A stretch of 63,929 nt of DNA, filler included, from Lama guanicoe (lineage: Eukaryota): assembly GCA_013239625.1 (NCBI GenBank). It is 104 parts of 104 records of this genome, joined end to end, with 100 filler letters (N's around TTAATTAATTAA, not from the genome) between each part and the next. Parts side by side here need not be neighbours in the genome. Positions count along the whole stretch, not along the records: positions 22,926 to 23,714 come from PNXV01026462.1; positions 23,815 to 24,193 come from PNXV01026463.1; positions 24,294 to 24,889 come from PNXV01026464.1; positions 24,990 to 25,379 come from PNXV01026465.1; positions 25,480 to 26,000 come from PNXV01026466.1; positions 26,101 to 26,611 come from PNXV01026467.1; positions 26,712 to 26,985 come from PNXV01026468.1; positions 27,086 to 27,897 come from PNXV01026469.1; 96 more parts are not named here. The stretch is one strand, 5' to 3'. Positions 22,926 to 35,004 of the stretch are shown here, piece by piece. Below the pieces are notes generated by a model, which ran no database searches, was not told where the DNA came from, and saw only the letters and a list, made by a program, of their open reading frames with translations. Position 1 is the stretch's first letter; the number at the start of each line of letters is the position of its first letter. The position numbers and the translations under genes were made by a program.

Positions 22926-23714
22926 TCTCTAGGGTAGAATTCACTCCAAGAGTGTTTTTCTGGGATCAAAGTGTAATTCTTTAAACTGGTGATAGGAGAA
23001 GCAACGAAGACTAAGGAGATATTTCAAAGTGCATAAGTAACTTGTTTGGTGGTTGAAACATCTGTCATGCGCATGTTCACAGCTCAGAAATGCATGTTTG
23101 AGGAATCCGTGATGCATGAAACTTGTTCGGAATACGGAATGCCATTTTCATGAAACAATGTAAATTACATGTGTATTGGTGAGAATTCGCTCAAAGAGTG
23201 TTTTCAACTGGCAAATGTCCGATTTTAGAACCTGGTGATACAAAAAACTTATGAAGTTAGAGTAAATATTTCAAAGTGTAATATATGCCTTTTTGGTGGA
23301 TGAAAGTTCACTAATCCACATGCTCACAACTCAGAAACTCACATTTCTCGAAACCGTCATGCATGTATCATGTACGGAACCCGGAATGCCATGTTGATGG
23401 AATTCATGTAAATTAAATATCTATTAGGTTGAATACACTCCAGAAGTATTCTTCTGTGAAAAATGAACGAATTCGAAACTTGTGTTAGGGAAAGCTTGTG
23501 AAAATGTGTACACGAGTCTATATGAAATTATTCCTTTTATAAAGGATGAAAAATCAGTAATCCACATGCTCACAACCCAGGAATGCATGTTTGTCGAATC
23601 CGTCATGCATGTAACATGTACGGAACACGGAATAACATGTTGTAGGAATCTATTCAAATTACATCTTTCTAGGGTAGAATTCGCTCCAAGAGGGTTTTTC
23701 TGGGATCAAAGTGT
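22926..23714 (+). repeat. AT-rich ~247-bp satellite organised as a 740-bp trimer
   Basis: AGGGTAGAATTCRCTCCAAGAG at 22931 and 23671; more diverged copies near 23178 and 23427. Confidence 0.9.
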
Positions 23715-23814
23715 NNNNNNNNNNNNNNNNNNNNNNNNNNNNNNNNNNNNNNNNNNNNTTAATTAATTAANNNNNNNNNNNNNNNNNNNNNNNNNNNNNN
23801 NNNNNNNNNNNNNN

Positions 23815-24193
23815 GACATACGAAACAAGGGCAAACCAATGAAAACAATGCTGCTGAATCCTGCGGTAAGGCAAGGCATGAAAGACTAACATTCGTAAGA
23901 GTCCCAGATGGAAAAGCAAGAGGTAAAGAAACAAAAAATGTCTGAAAAGATATCTGTTAAAAAATCAGACTGAAACTTGCTGAAAGCCTAGAAAGAATCA
24001 TCTATGCGAATTCAGGAAGTACACAGCGTCCAAAGGAGGTGGAATCCCAATAGACCTGCCAGCAGCTGTATGATTCAAATCAACGAAGTTCATGAGCATC
24101 CCAGGGATTCAAATTGCGCCTGGAGGAAACAACATAGTCACAAAAGAACCTCCAGAGAGGTTTCAGCAGATATATCGGCAGCAATATTGCAGG
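23815..24193 (+). mobile_element. LINE-1 ORF1 fragment (decayed)
   Basis: Reads as ORF1-like peptides NIR.RVPDG, RIQEVHSV and VSADISAAILQ. Confidence 0.75.
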
Positions 24194-24989
24194 NNNNNNN
24201 NNNNNNNNNNNNNNNNNNNNNNNNNNNNNNNNNNNNNTTAATTAATTAANNNNNNNNNNNNNNNNNNNNNNNNNNNNNNNNNNNNNNNNNNNNATATTGT
24301 TTTTCATGACAAGCCTCAAAGAACCATCTGACTCTTTAAACTACTTGCCTCTTTAAAGTGTACACTTTTATGACTTTGACATAAATATTTAAATAAAAAG
24401 AGTTAAGTAGAAGGATAAAGTGGACTGCTGCCTGTCCTTTGAAGAAGGTTAGAGTGAAAAAAGAAAGAATGAATGGCTAGAGGGAAACAGGTTTGAGAAA
24501 TATTAAAATGTATGAACCATTGTATATTTAGGGGCAATATCCATAACTGAAGAGGAAGATGACACTCCACAGGAAAAGAATGGATCACTGTCCCTGAAAG
24601 GCAAGAGGGCGATTAATCCACTGTGCAGGTGGGAGGAATTAGCCTCAGCTAAAAGCCTATTCATTGTTACCAAGAAGAAGAAAACCGAATGGCTGCACCT
24701 TGGCAAGGTACCCAGGGGAGCATGCAAGGAAGCACTTACTTTAATGATGTTGTCAGGAGCTCTTTTCGTGTTGAGGTTCTTGATTCTCGTTGTCAGTTGA
24801 TGTGCAGTCTTGCAAGTGAGAAGGTATTTGCTGATGAGAGGCTTAGGAAACTCAGTCCCTTCGAAGTGCTTTAGCCCTAAAGCTAACAANNNNNNNNNNN
24901 NNNNNNNNNNNNNNNNNNNNNNNNNNNNNNNNNTTAATTAATTAANNNNNNNNNNNNNNNNNNNNNNNNNNNNNNNNNNNNNNNNNNNN

Positions 24990-25379
24990 TATGGAAAACA
25001 GAATACAGAAACCAGAATTTAGAACATGCAATGCAGAAATCAGAAATTGGAATATAGAATACAGAATTCTGAATATAGAAGTTTGAAATTTGAATGCGGA
25101 ACACAGAATTAAGAATATAGAATACAATATACTGAATATATTATTTAGAACATGGAATGCAGAACACAGAATTTAGAATATAGAATACAGAATAATGCAT
25201 ATAGAATTTCGACAATTGATTGTAGAACACAGACTATAGAATATAGAATAGAGAATATAGAGCACTGAATTAAGAACATGGAATGCAGAACAAAGAATTT
25301 AGAGTATTGAATACAGAATACTGTATATACAATTTAGAAATTAGAACGTAAAACACAGAATATAGAATATAGAATACGG
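24990..25379 (-). repeat. Heptamer satellite
   Basis: Tandem GAANNNN heptamers. Confidence 0.95.
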
Positions 25380-26100
25380 NNNNNNNNNNNNNNNNNNNNN
25401 NNNNNNNNNNNNNNNNNNNNNNNTTAATTAATTAANNNNNNNNNNNNNNNNNNNNNNNNNNNNNNNNNNNNNNNNNNNNTGACAGTAAGTAACGCTAGTA
25501 AGAACAATTTGTAAATATTATGTGGCTGTCATATCTAAATTAAAAAAAAAAACAGATTACCTAGAGGCCATGCAAATTAAATTGGCAATTAGTTTACTTT
25601 CCTTGTCTCCTTGTGTATAAGATCTTTGAACTGTAAATTAAGTGTATTTGTAACATAAACAAGGCAAAATACAAAATCTTTGACTAAATGAGCTTAGAAA
25701 GTGCCCAAAGACCCATTAGGTCTTTGTGAAAAGATGGTTCTCCTTACAGAGGTCACTGAGCTGTCAGGGCTACAATTACAGATCCCAACCACACATTTGT
25801 AAGAAAGCTGTGGCTCTGAGATAATAAATCTGGGTTCAAAACCCTCAACCATTATTTGATAATGCAAAGACATATGTGGGTTACAGCATTGTATTACACT
25901 GCCATAGATATCAGTAGTTGGCCAGAAGAATTGTTGGGAAGATCAACTGACAAAACATAAATGAATTAACTTAGCAAACAACCTAACACATAAGTAGGCC
26001 NNNNNNNNNNNNNNNNNNNNNNNNNNNNNNNNNNNNNNNNNNNNTTAATTAATTAANNNNNNNNNNNNNNNNNNNNNNNNNNNNNNNNNNNNNNNNNNNN

Positions 26101-26611
26101 TGGAATTCAGAACACAGGATTAAGTATATAGAACAAAGAATACAGAATACACAATGTAGAACACAGAATATCGAATATAGAATTCAGAATGCAGAAATTA
26201 GAATATAGAACATAGAATTCAGAACACGGAATTAAGAATATAGAATACAGTATACAGAATATAGAATGTTGAATACAGAATGAGGAACACAGAATATAGA
26301 GTAATGAATTCAGAATACAGAATTTGTTAAATGGAATGCAGAACATAGAGTAAAGAAAATAGAATACATAATACAGAACACAGAATTTAGAACACGGAAA
26401 GCAGAACAGAGAATATAGGATATAGAATAAAGAATACAGCATATAGAATGTAGAATATAGATTGTAGAACACAGAATATGGAATATACAATAAAAAATAG
26501 AGAACCCAGATAATAGAACATGGAATGTAGGACAGAATATAGAATATAGAATACAGAAATAAAATGTAGAAAATAGAATGTAGAATACAGAATACAGAAT
26601 ATAGAATACAG
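26101..26611 (-). repeat. Heptamer satellite
   Basis: Tandem GAANNNN heptamers. Confidence 0.95.
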
Positions 26612-27085
26612 NNNNNNNNNNNNNNNNNNNNNNNNNNNNNNNNNNNNNNNNNNNNTTAATTAATTAANNNNNNNNNNNNNNNNNNNNNNNNNNNNNNNNN
26701 NNNNNNNNNNNTGTCTTGCAAAGTGAGCTACAGACAGTAAGTGCGTCTTGAAGCACACGATTCTTTCCTCCTCACTGCAGCAGAGAACCTCAGCATTGGA
26801 GCATCCTGAGATGTCATCCATCGTCATTTTTCAATTTAGGAATCAGTAAGGATGCTATGTCCACGTAGATGAGGAGGGTAAGTTTTCAGTCTCTAAAATG
26901 GTAATGATGGGTTGACAATTCCACTAAAAAAGTCTTGCATCAACAAATGCGTGTCTGTTCTGGACCAAGAAGAAACAAATGTTTCNNNNNNNNNNNNNNN
27001 NNNNNNNNNNNNNNNNNNNNNNNNNNNNNTTAATTAATTAANNNNNNNNNNNNNNNNNNNNNNNNNNNNNNNNNNNNNNNNNNNN

Positions 27086-27897
27086 AATTCTGTGTTCTGA
27101 ATTCCATTTTCTAAATTCTGGGTTCTGTATGCTGCCTTCCATAATGTATATTCTGTATTCTACATTCTATATTCTGCTTTCTATATTCTGCATTCCGTAT
27201 TCTATATTCTATATTCTTTTCTCTGCGTTTATATTCTAAATTCGATGTTCAGTATTCTGTATGCTATATTCTAAATTCTGTGTTCTGCATTCCATGTTCT
27301 AAATTCTGGGTTCTATATTTTCTATACTATATTCTATATTCTGTATATACATTATATATTCTAAATTCAATATTCTGTATTCTGTCTTCAATATTCTAAA
27401 TTCTGTGTTCTGCATTCCATGTTCTAAATTCTGGGTTCTATATTTTCTATACTATATTCTATATTCTGTATATACATTATATATTCTAAATTCAATATTC
27501 TGTATTCTGTCTTCAATATTCTAAATTCTGTGTTCTGCATTCCATGTTCTAAATTCTGGGTTCTATATTTTCTATACTATATTCTATATTCTGTATATAC
27601 ATTATATATTCTAAATTCAATATTCTGTATTCTGTCTTCAATATTCTAAATTCTGTGTTCTGCATTCCATGTTCTAAATTCTGGGTTCTATATTCTGTTT
27701 TCCATATTCTAAATTCTGTGTTCTGAATTCCATTTTCTAAATTCTGGTTTCTGTATTCTGTTTTCTTATTTCTATATTCTGTGTTCAATATTCTATATTC
27801 TCTATTCTATATTCTATATTCCGTATACTATATTCTATATTCTGTATATACATTATATATTCTAAATTCAATATTCAGTATTCTGTATTCTATATTC
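27086..27897 (+). repeat. Heptamer satellite with 125-bp triplication
   Basis: CCATGTTCTAAATTCTGGG at 27292, 27417, 27542 and 27667. Confidence 0.95.
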
Positions 27898-27997
27898 NNN
27901 NNNNNNNNNNNNNNNNNNNNNNNNNNNNNNNNNNNNNNNNNTTAATTAATTAANNNNNNNNNNNNNNNNNNNNNNNNNNNNNNNNNNNNNNNNNNNN

Positions 27998-28500
27998 TTT
28001 TACAGTGAAAACTGCAGGAACTTCAAACCGGCATTAGGAAAGAGACAAAGAATCCAGAGTAAGTGTTTCTCCTGCAACCTGTTCCCTTTGTGCTATATGA
28101 ACGAAAATCTCTCCACATGCTCAGTTTTCAAAGTTATGCGTGTGTGAAAGCTATCCTTCACCTCGCTTTTTGGGAACACAAAGATTCTCTGCAGTTGCAG
28201 ACTCCACTCCATAAATATTTATGGGGAGGTACAAGCTCCAACTCGGTTTTAGAATGAAAACTGCAGGAACTTCAAACCGGCATTAGGAAAGAGACAAAGA
28301 ATCCAGAGTAAGTGTTTCTCCTGCAACCTGTTCCCTTTGTGCTATATGAACGAAAATCTCTCCACATGCTCATTTTTGAGAGTTAAGCGTGTGTGAAAGC
28401 CGTCCTTCACCTTGCTTGTTGGGAACACAAGTTTCTCTTCAGTTGCAGAGACCACTCCATACATATATATGGGGAGGTACATGCTCCAACTCGGTTTTAG
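27998..28500 (+). repeat. 249-bp satellite, subfamily X
   Basis: AAACTGCAGGAACTTCAAACCGG; two monomers. Confidence 0.95.
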
Positions 28501-28600
28501 NNNNNNNNNNNNNNNNNNNNNNNNNNNNNNNNNNNNNNNNNNNNTTAATTAATTAANNNNNNNNNNNNNNNNNNNNNNNNNNNNNNNNNNNNNNNNNNNN

Positions 28601-29044
28601 TACAGTGAAAACGGCAGGCACTTTAAACCGGCACTAGGAAACAGACTAACCAACCAGAGTTAGGGTTTCTCCTGCAAACCGTTCCCTTTGTGCTGGATGA
28701 ATGAACGTCTCTCCACATGCTCAGTTCTGAGAGATAAGTGTGTGTGAAAGCCGTCCTTCACCTAGCTTGAAGGGAACACAAAGTTTCTTTTCAGTTGCAA
28801 ACTCCACTCCATACATATATATGGGGAGGTACAAGCTCCAACTCGGTTTTACAGTGAAAACGGCAGGCACTTCAAACCGGCACTAGGAAACAGACTGAGA
28901 AAAAAGAGTAAGGGTTTCTCCTGCAACACGTTCCCTTTGTGCTGGATGAACGAACGTCTCTCCACATGCTCAGTTCTGAGAGCTAATTGTGTCTTAAAGC
29001 CATCCTTCACCTATCCTGAAGGGAACACAAAGTTTCTTTTCAGT
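28601..29044 (+). repeat. 249-bp satellite, subfamily Y
   Basis: AAACGGCAGGCACTT, GCTGGATGAA and GAAGGGAACAC. Confidence 0.95.
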
Positions 29045-29144
29045 NNNNNNNNNNNNNNNNNNNNNNNNNNNNNNNNNNNNNNNNNNNNTTAATTAATTAA
29101 NNNNNNNNNNNNNNNNNNNNNNNNNNNNNNNNNNNNNNNNNNNN

Positions 29145-29736
29145 AGGCAGCCTCTGTCACTGGGATTGCCTGCAAACCCCCCTAGCATTGACTGACACAG
29201 AGATATTAGGAAAAAACACAGGGGAGACGAGCTTAGGCATTCCGTTAGAACCCACGCGCTGCCGACCGTTGGTGGAACCTCCCCACGCTCAGGATTCCGG
29301 AACCATTGTCAGTGCGTGGGGGAGCTCGAGAGACAACTGCACGCAGCTCTCTTCAGTCACAGGTGTTCCCTGAAAGGGGAAGTCTGAGAAATACCTTCCC
29401 TGACCTTGGGGAGGCAGCCTCTGTCACTGGGATTTCCTGAAAATCCCCCTAGCATTCCATGGCACAGAGAAATTAGGAAAAAACCCAGGGTAGACGAGCT
29501 TAGGCAATCCGTTAGAAACCACGCGCTGCCGATCGTTGGTGGAACCACCCACGCTCAGGAACCTGGAACCATTGTCAGTGCGTGGGGGAGCTCGAGAGAC
29601 AACTCCACGCACCTCTCTTAAGTCACAGGTGTTCCCTGAAAGGGGAAGTCCGAGAAATACTTTCCCTTACCTTGGGGAGGCAGCCTTTGTCACTGGAATT
29701 GCCTGCAAACCCCCCTAGCATTCCCTGGCACAGAGA
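29145..29736 (+). repeat. 267-bp satellite, subfamily A
   Basis: TTAGGAAAAAACCCAGGG. Confidence 0.95.
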
Positions 29737-29836
29737 NNNNNNNNNNNNNNNNNNNNNNNNNNNNNNNNNNNNNNNNNNNNTTAATTAATTAANNNNNNNN
29801 NNNNNNNNNNNNNNNNNNNNNNNNNNNNNNNNNNNN

Positions 29837-30329
29837 ATGCATTATATTTAATGTAGAATATAGAATGTATAACACAAAATTTAGACTATTGAATAGAGAA
29901 TATAGAAGCCAGAAATTAGAACATGGAATTCAGAGCACAGAATATAGTATATACAATGAGGAATTCTGAATGTAGAATTTAGAATATAGAATGTAGATTA
30001 CTGAATATATAATCTACAATATAGAAAATAGAACACAGAATATAAAATATAGAATAGAGAATATAGAATACAGAATTTAGAACATGAAATGCAGAACACA
30101 GGATTTAGAATATAGAATACAAAATACTGAATATAGGATTTAGTACATAGATTGCAGAACACTGAATTAGGATATAGAATACAGAACACTGAATATAGAA
30201 TTTAGAAAAAGGATTGCAGAACACAGAATTTAGAATATAGCGTTCAGAATACTGAATATAGAATTTAGAATATAGAATTTAAACACAGTATATAGAATAT
30301 AGGAAAAAGAATATAGAAACCAGAATTTA
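29837..30329 (-). repeat. Heptamer satellite
   Basis: Tandem GAANNNN heptamers. Confidence 0.95.
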
Positions 30330-30429
30330 NNNNNNNNNNNNNNNNNNNNNNNNNNNNNNNNNNNNNNNNNNNNTTAATTAATTAANNNNNNNNNNNNNNN
30401 NNNNNNNNNNNNNNNNNNNNNNNNNNNNN

Positions 30430-31031
30430 AATAGTTGATAACTTCCTGAACCTGGGTAAGGAACTGACATACAATTCCATGAGCCAACGCAACACCAATA
30501 ACTTTAAGTCAATGTGACCTTCTTCAAGATACGTCATATGCAAATTGGGAAGTCAATGCCAGAGAAAAATGTTAAAGGCAGCCAATAAAACTTAAGTTAA
30601 TCTACATAGGAACCCCCATTAGGCTATCAGCAGATTGCTGAGCAGAAAACATACACCAAGGGTAATTAAATGGACATTTTCAAACTACTGAAATAAGAAA
30701 TCTCTCACCCAAGGATACTCTAACTTGCACAGTTATCACTTAGGTGTAAAGTAAAAATAAAGAATTTACCAGACAATCAAAATTGAGTGAGATGTAAAAA
30801 AGAAAACTGAGACACATTACAAGAGGTTCAGAAAAGTTCTATTCTAAGAAAAATAAAATGGCAAATATACACAAAACATTGAACAAAATACTAAGCAGAG
30901 ACAACGAGAAAGTTGCAACTGTTTCTTTGGGTATGTTTTTAAATGCTACTAATCTATATGGATTAATGAGAGAAAAATAGTTATTCAGTTGCAATAAATA
31001 TAGGTACCTCATTCTGTTAACATGTTCACAA
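30430..31031 (+). mobile_element. LINE-1 ORF1 C-terminal fragment (decayed)
   Basis: AACTTCCTGAACCTGGG, GGAACCCCCATTAGGCTATCAGCAGATT (GTPIRLSAD), CCAAGGATACTCTA. Confidence 0.8.
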
Positions 31032-31131
31032 NNNNNNNNNNNNNNNNNNNNNNNNNNNNNNNNNNNNNNNNNNNNTTAATTAATTAANNNNNNNNNNNNN
31101 NNNNNNNNNNNNNNNNNNNNNNNNNNNNNNN

Positions 31132-31500
31132 AAGTACATGATCAATCCTAGAAAATGTTCCATGTGTACCTGAAAAGAATATATATTCTATTTGGGGGGG
31201 GGGTGTAACACTCTGAAAATATCCACCAAATCTAATTTTTCTATTGTATTGTTTAGTTTCTCTGTTGCCTTATTTATTTTCTGTCTGGAAGATCTGTCTA
31301 ATGATGTTAATGAGGTGTTAAAATCTCCAACTATGATCGTATTCCCATCAGTATCCCCCTTTATCTCTGTTAGTAATTGTTTTGTGTCTTTAGGTGTGCC
31401 TATATTGGGTGCATATATATTTATGAGTGTAATATCCTCATCTTGTATCAATCCTTTAATCATTGTAAAATGTCCTTCTTTATCTTTCTTTATGGCCTTT
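31132..31500 (-). mobile_element. LINE-1 ORF2 endonuclease-domain fragment, little decayed
   Basis: Open frame MIKGLIQDEDITLINIYAPN...TIIVGDFNT...DRSSRQKINK (L1 APE-like endonuclease motifs). Confidence 0.97.
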
Positions 31501-31600
31501 NNNNNNNNNNNNNNNNNNNNNNNNNNNNNNNNNNNNNNNNNNNNTTAATTAATTAANNNNNNNNNNNNNNNNNNNNNNNNNNNNNNNNNNNNNNNNNNNN

Positions 31601-32080
31601 GAATGTTGAACACAGAATATAGAATATGGAAAACAGAATACAGAACTCAATATTTAGAACATGGAATGCAGAACTCAGAATTTAGAATATATAATAAAGA
31701 ATACTGAATACACAATTTAGAATATATAATGTGGAACACAGAATATAGAATATAGAATAGAGAATATTGAATCCAGAATTTAGATCATGGAATGCAGAAC
31801 TCAGAATTTAGAATATAGACTACAGAATACTGAATATAGGATTTAGAATATAGAATACAGAATACTGAATATAGGATTTAGAATATAGAATACAGAATAC
31901 TGAATATAGGATTTAGAATATAGAATACAGGATATAGAACACAGTATATAGAACAAGCAATGCAGAACTCAGGACTTAGAATATAGAATACAGAATACTG
32001 AAAATATAATCTAGAATGTAGAATGTATATGACAGAATTTAGAATATAGAATACAGAATACTGAATACACAGTTTAGAAT
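31601..32080 (-). repeat. Heptamer satellite with local 35-bp repeats
   Basis: TACAGAATACTGAATATAGGATTTAGAATATAGAA x3 from 31821. Confidence 0.95.
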
Positions 32081-32180
32081 NNNNNNNNNNNNNNNNNNNN
32101 NNNNNNNNNNNNNNNNNNNNNNNNTTAATTAATTAANNNNNNNNNNNNNNNNNNNNNNNNNNNNNNNNNNNNNNNNNNNN

Positions 32181-32406
32181 GCGGTTTTCATTGTAAAACG
32201 GAGTTGGAGCTTGTACCTCCCCATATATAATTATGTGGTGGATTTTCAACTGAAGAGAAACTTTGTGTTCCCTTCAAGCTAGGTTAAGGACGGCTTTCAC
32301 AGACTCTTACTCTCAGAAGTGAGCATGTGGAGAGACGTTCGTTAATGCAGCACAAATGGAACGGGTTGCAGGAGAAACAATTACTCTGTTTCTCAGTCTG
32401 TTTCCT
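32181..32406 (-). repeat. 249-bp satellite, subfamily Y-like (partial)
   Basis: GTGTTCCCTTCAAGCTAGG and CTCAGAA. Confidence 0.92.
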
Positions 32407-32506
32407 NNNNNNNNNNNNNNNNNNNNNNNNNNNNNNNNNNNNNNNNNNNNTTAATTAATTAANNNNNNNNNNNNNNNNNNNNNNNNNNNNNNNNNNNNNN
32501 NNNNNN

Positions 32507-32958
32507 GAGGTTCCACCTACGGTCGGCAGCGCGTGGGTTCTAACGGAAAGCCTAATTTCGTCTCCCCTGAGGGTTCTCCTAATGTCTCTGTGCCAGGGAA
32601 TGCTACGGGGGTTTGCAGGATATCCCAGTGACAGAGGGTGCCTCCCAATGTCAGGGAAGGTTTTTCTCGGACTTCCCCGAACAGGGAACACCTGTGACTG
32701 AAGAGAGCTGCGTGGAGTTGTCTCTCGAACTCCCCCACGCACTGACAATGGTTCCGGAATCCTGAGCTTGGGGAGGTTCCACCTACGGTCGGCAGCGCGT
32801 GGGTTCTAACGGAAAGCCTAATTTCGTCTCCCCTGAGGGTTTTCCTAATGTCTCTGTGCCAGGGAATGCCAGGGGTGTTTGCAGGATATCCCAGTGACAG
32901 AGGGTGCCTCCCAATGTCAGGGAAGGTTTTTCTCGGACTTCCCCGAACAGGGAACACC
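32507..32958 (-). repeat. 267-bp satellite, subfamily C
   Basis: CCCCGAACAGGG and CCTGAGGGTT..CCTAATG. Confidence 0.95.
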
Positions 32959-33058
32959 NNNNNNNNNNNNNNNNNNNNNNNNNNNNNNNNNNNNNNNNNN
33001 NNTTAATTAATTAANNNNNNNNNNNNNNNNNNNNNNNNNNNNNNNNNNNNNNNNNNNN

Positions 33059-33439
33059 CTATATTCTATATTCTGTGTTCTGCATTCCATGTTCTAAATT
33101 CTGGTTTGTGTTCTGCTTTCCATTTTCTATATTCTGTGTTCTATATTCTACATTCCGTATTCTATATTCTATATTCTGGGTTCTTCATTCTATATTCTAA
33201 ATTCTATATTCAGTATTCGGTATTCTATATTCTAAATTCTGTGTTCTGCATTCCATGTTCTACATTCTGACTTCTATATTCTCTATTATATTTTGTATAT
33301 TTTGTGTTTTCCTTATATATTCTAAATTTTATATTCTGCATTCCGCATTCTATATTCTTTATACTGTGTTCGACATTCAATATTCTAAAGTCTATATTCA
33401 GTATTCTGCATTCTATATCCTAAATTCTGTGTTCTGCAT
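33059..33439 (+). repeat. Heptamer satellite
   Basis: Tandem NNNNTTC heptamers. Confidence 0.95.
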
Positions 33440-33539
33440 NNNNNNNNNNNNNNNNNNNNNNNNNNNNNNNNNNNNNNNNNNNNTTAATTAATTAANNNNN
33501 NNNNNNNNNNNNNNNNNNNNNNNNNNNNNNNNNNNNNNN

Positions 33540-33941
33540 AATATTTCCGAAATCCTGAGCGTGGGGAGGTTCCACCAACAGTCGGCAGCCCGTGGTTTCT
33601 AAGGGAATGCCTGTGCTCGTCTCCCCTGAGGCTTTTCCTCATGTCTCTGTGCCAGGGATTGCTAGGGGGGGTTGCAGGAAATCCCAATGACACAGGCTGC
33701 CTCCACAAGGTCAGGGAATGTATTTCTCGCACTTCCCCGAGAAGGGAACACCTGTGACAGAAGAGAGCTGCGTGGAGTTGTCTCTCGAGCTCCCCCACTC
33801 AATGACAATAATTCCGGAATCCTGAGCGTGGGGAGGTTCCACCAGCGGTCGGCAGCGCTTGGGATCTAAGGGAAAGCCTGTGCTCGTCTCCCCTAAGGAT
33901 TTTCTTCATTTCTCTGAGCCAGGGAATGCTAGGGTGTTTTG
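33540..33941 (-). repeat. 267-bp satellite, subfamily B
   Basis: CCTGTGCTCGTC, CCTCATGTC and CACTCAATGAC. Confidence 0.95.
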
Positions 33942-35004
33942 NNNNNNNNNNNNNNNNNNNNNNNNNNNNNNNNNNNNNNNNNNNNTTAATTAATTAANNN
34001 NNNNNNNNNNNNNNNNNNNNNNNNNNNNNNNNNNNNNNNNNTCCCTCGGCCCCATTCCCCTCGGCCCCACTTCTCCTGCTCTCCTCCCTCCTCCCGTTAC
34101 TGCCTCCCAGACCCGGGCCAGGCCCAGTTTCCAACTGGACCTCCAAGATGGGGCTCCCTCTCTTCACACCAAGAAGCAAGCACAGGGTCTCCCTGCAGGG
34201 CTGGTGGAACTGGACCCAGTCCTGGACCTCCTGCAGGAGCAGGCTCTGGGTTAGGGTTGGGGTTGGGGTTGGTGTTCAAGGTTAAGGTTAAGTAAAACCA
34301 AACACAAAATTAGAATCAGCAGAATGCGGTAATCCAATCATAAAGGACAGTCAAATGTCCTCTCACTCGGCTCCCACACACACACCCCCATCATACCCAG
34401 CTTACTTTAAAACTTATTCTCATGCTATTCTTTAGTCTCCAACTTAGCTGTCTCTTCCACTGCTGAGGTTACTAACATCTCTCAACTAAGACACTGAAAA
34501 ATATCTCACAGTNNNNNNNNNNNNNNNNNNNNNNNNNNNNNNNNNNNNNNNNNNNNTTAATTAATTAANNNNNNNNNNNNNNNNNNNNNNNNNNNNNNNN
34601 NNNNNNNNNNNNAAAACCATCCACTAATAGGAAGAAGAGATTTAAGAGTTTCGTTTCAGGGCAGATGTTGTCCAACTGCAGGTGGGTCAGTTTTGCCATT
34701 GTTGCTCGCTAGTTGGCTTTCTGCTGCTTCTAACACCCGCTTTTAAGAGAAGTGGTCTGAGTCGGCCCTCAGAGCAGAAAGGTGGGCTGGGCCTGGAGAC
34801 AGCCAAGCTCCTCTGCTGTGTAGTACCCCTCTGAGAAGGAAGGGATGGCCCAGGACTCCCTCTGACTCTCTCCCTCAGTTATAAACTCTATGAAGGGAAA
34901 ATGGNNNNNNNNNNNNNNNNNNNNNNNNNNNNNNNNNNNNNNNNNNNNTTAATTAATTAANNNNNNNNNNNNNNNNNNNNNNNNNNNNNNNNNNNNNNNN
35001 NNNN

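Noticed and set aside
24503..24889. 128-aa minus-strand ORF in unique sequence
   Set aside because: Non-ATG start at the contig edge, no recognisable domain or exon structure; length compatible with chance
28500..29145. Apparent junctions, interspersion and inversions between different satellite families
   Set aside because: Every change of family or strand coincides with an artificial linker; contig order and orientation are arbitrary
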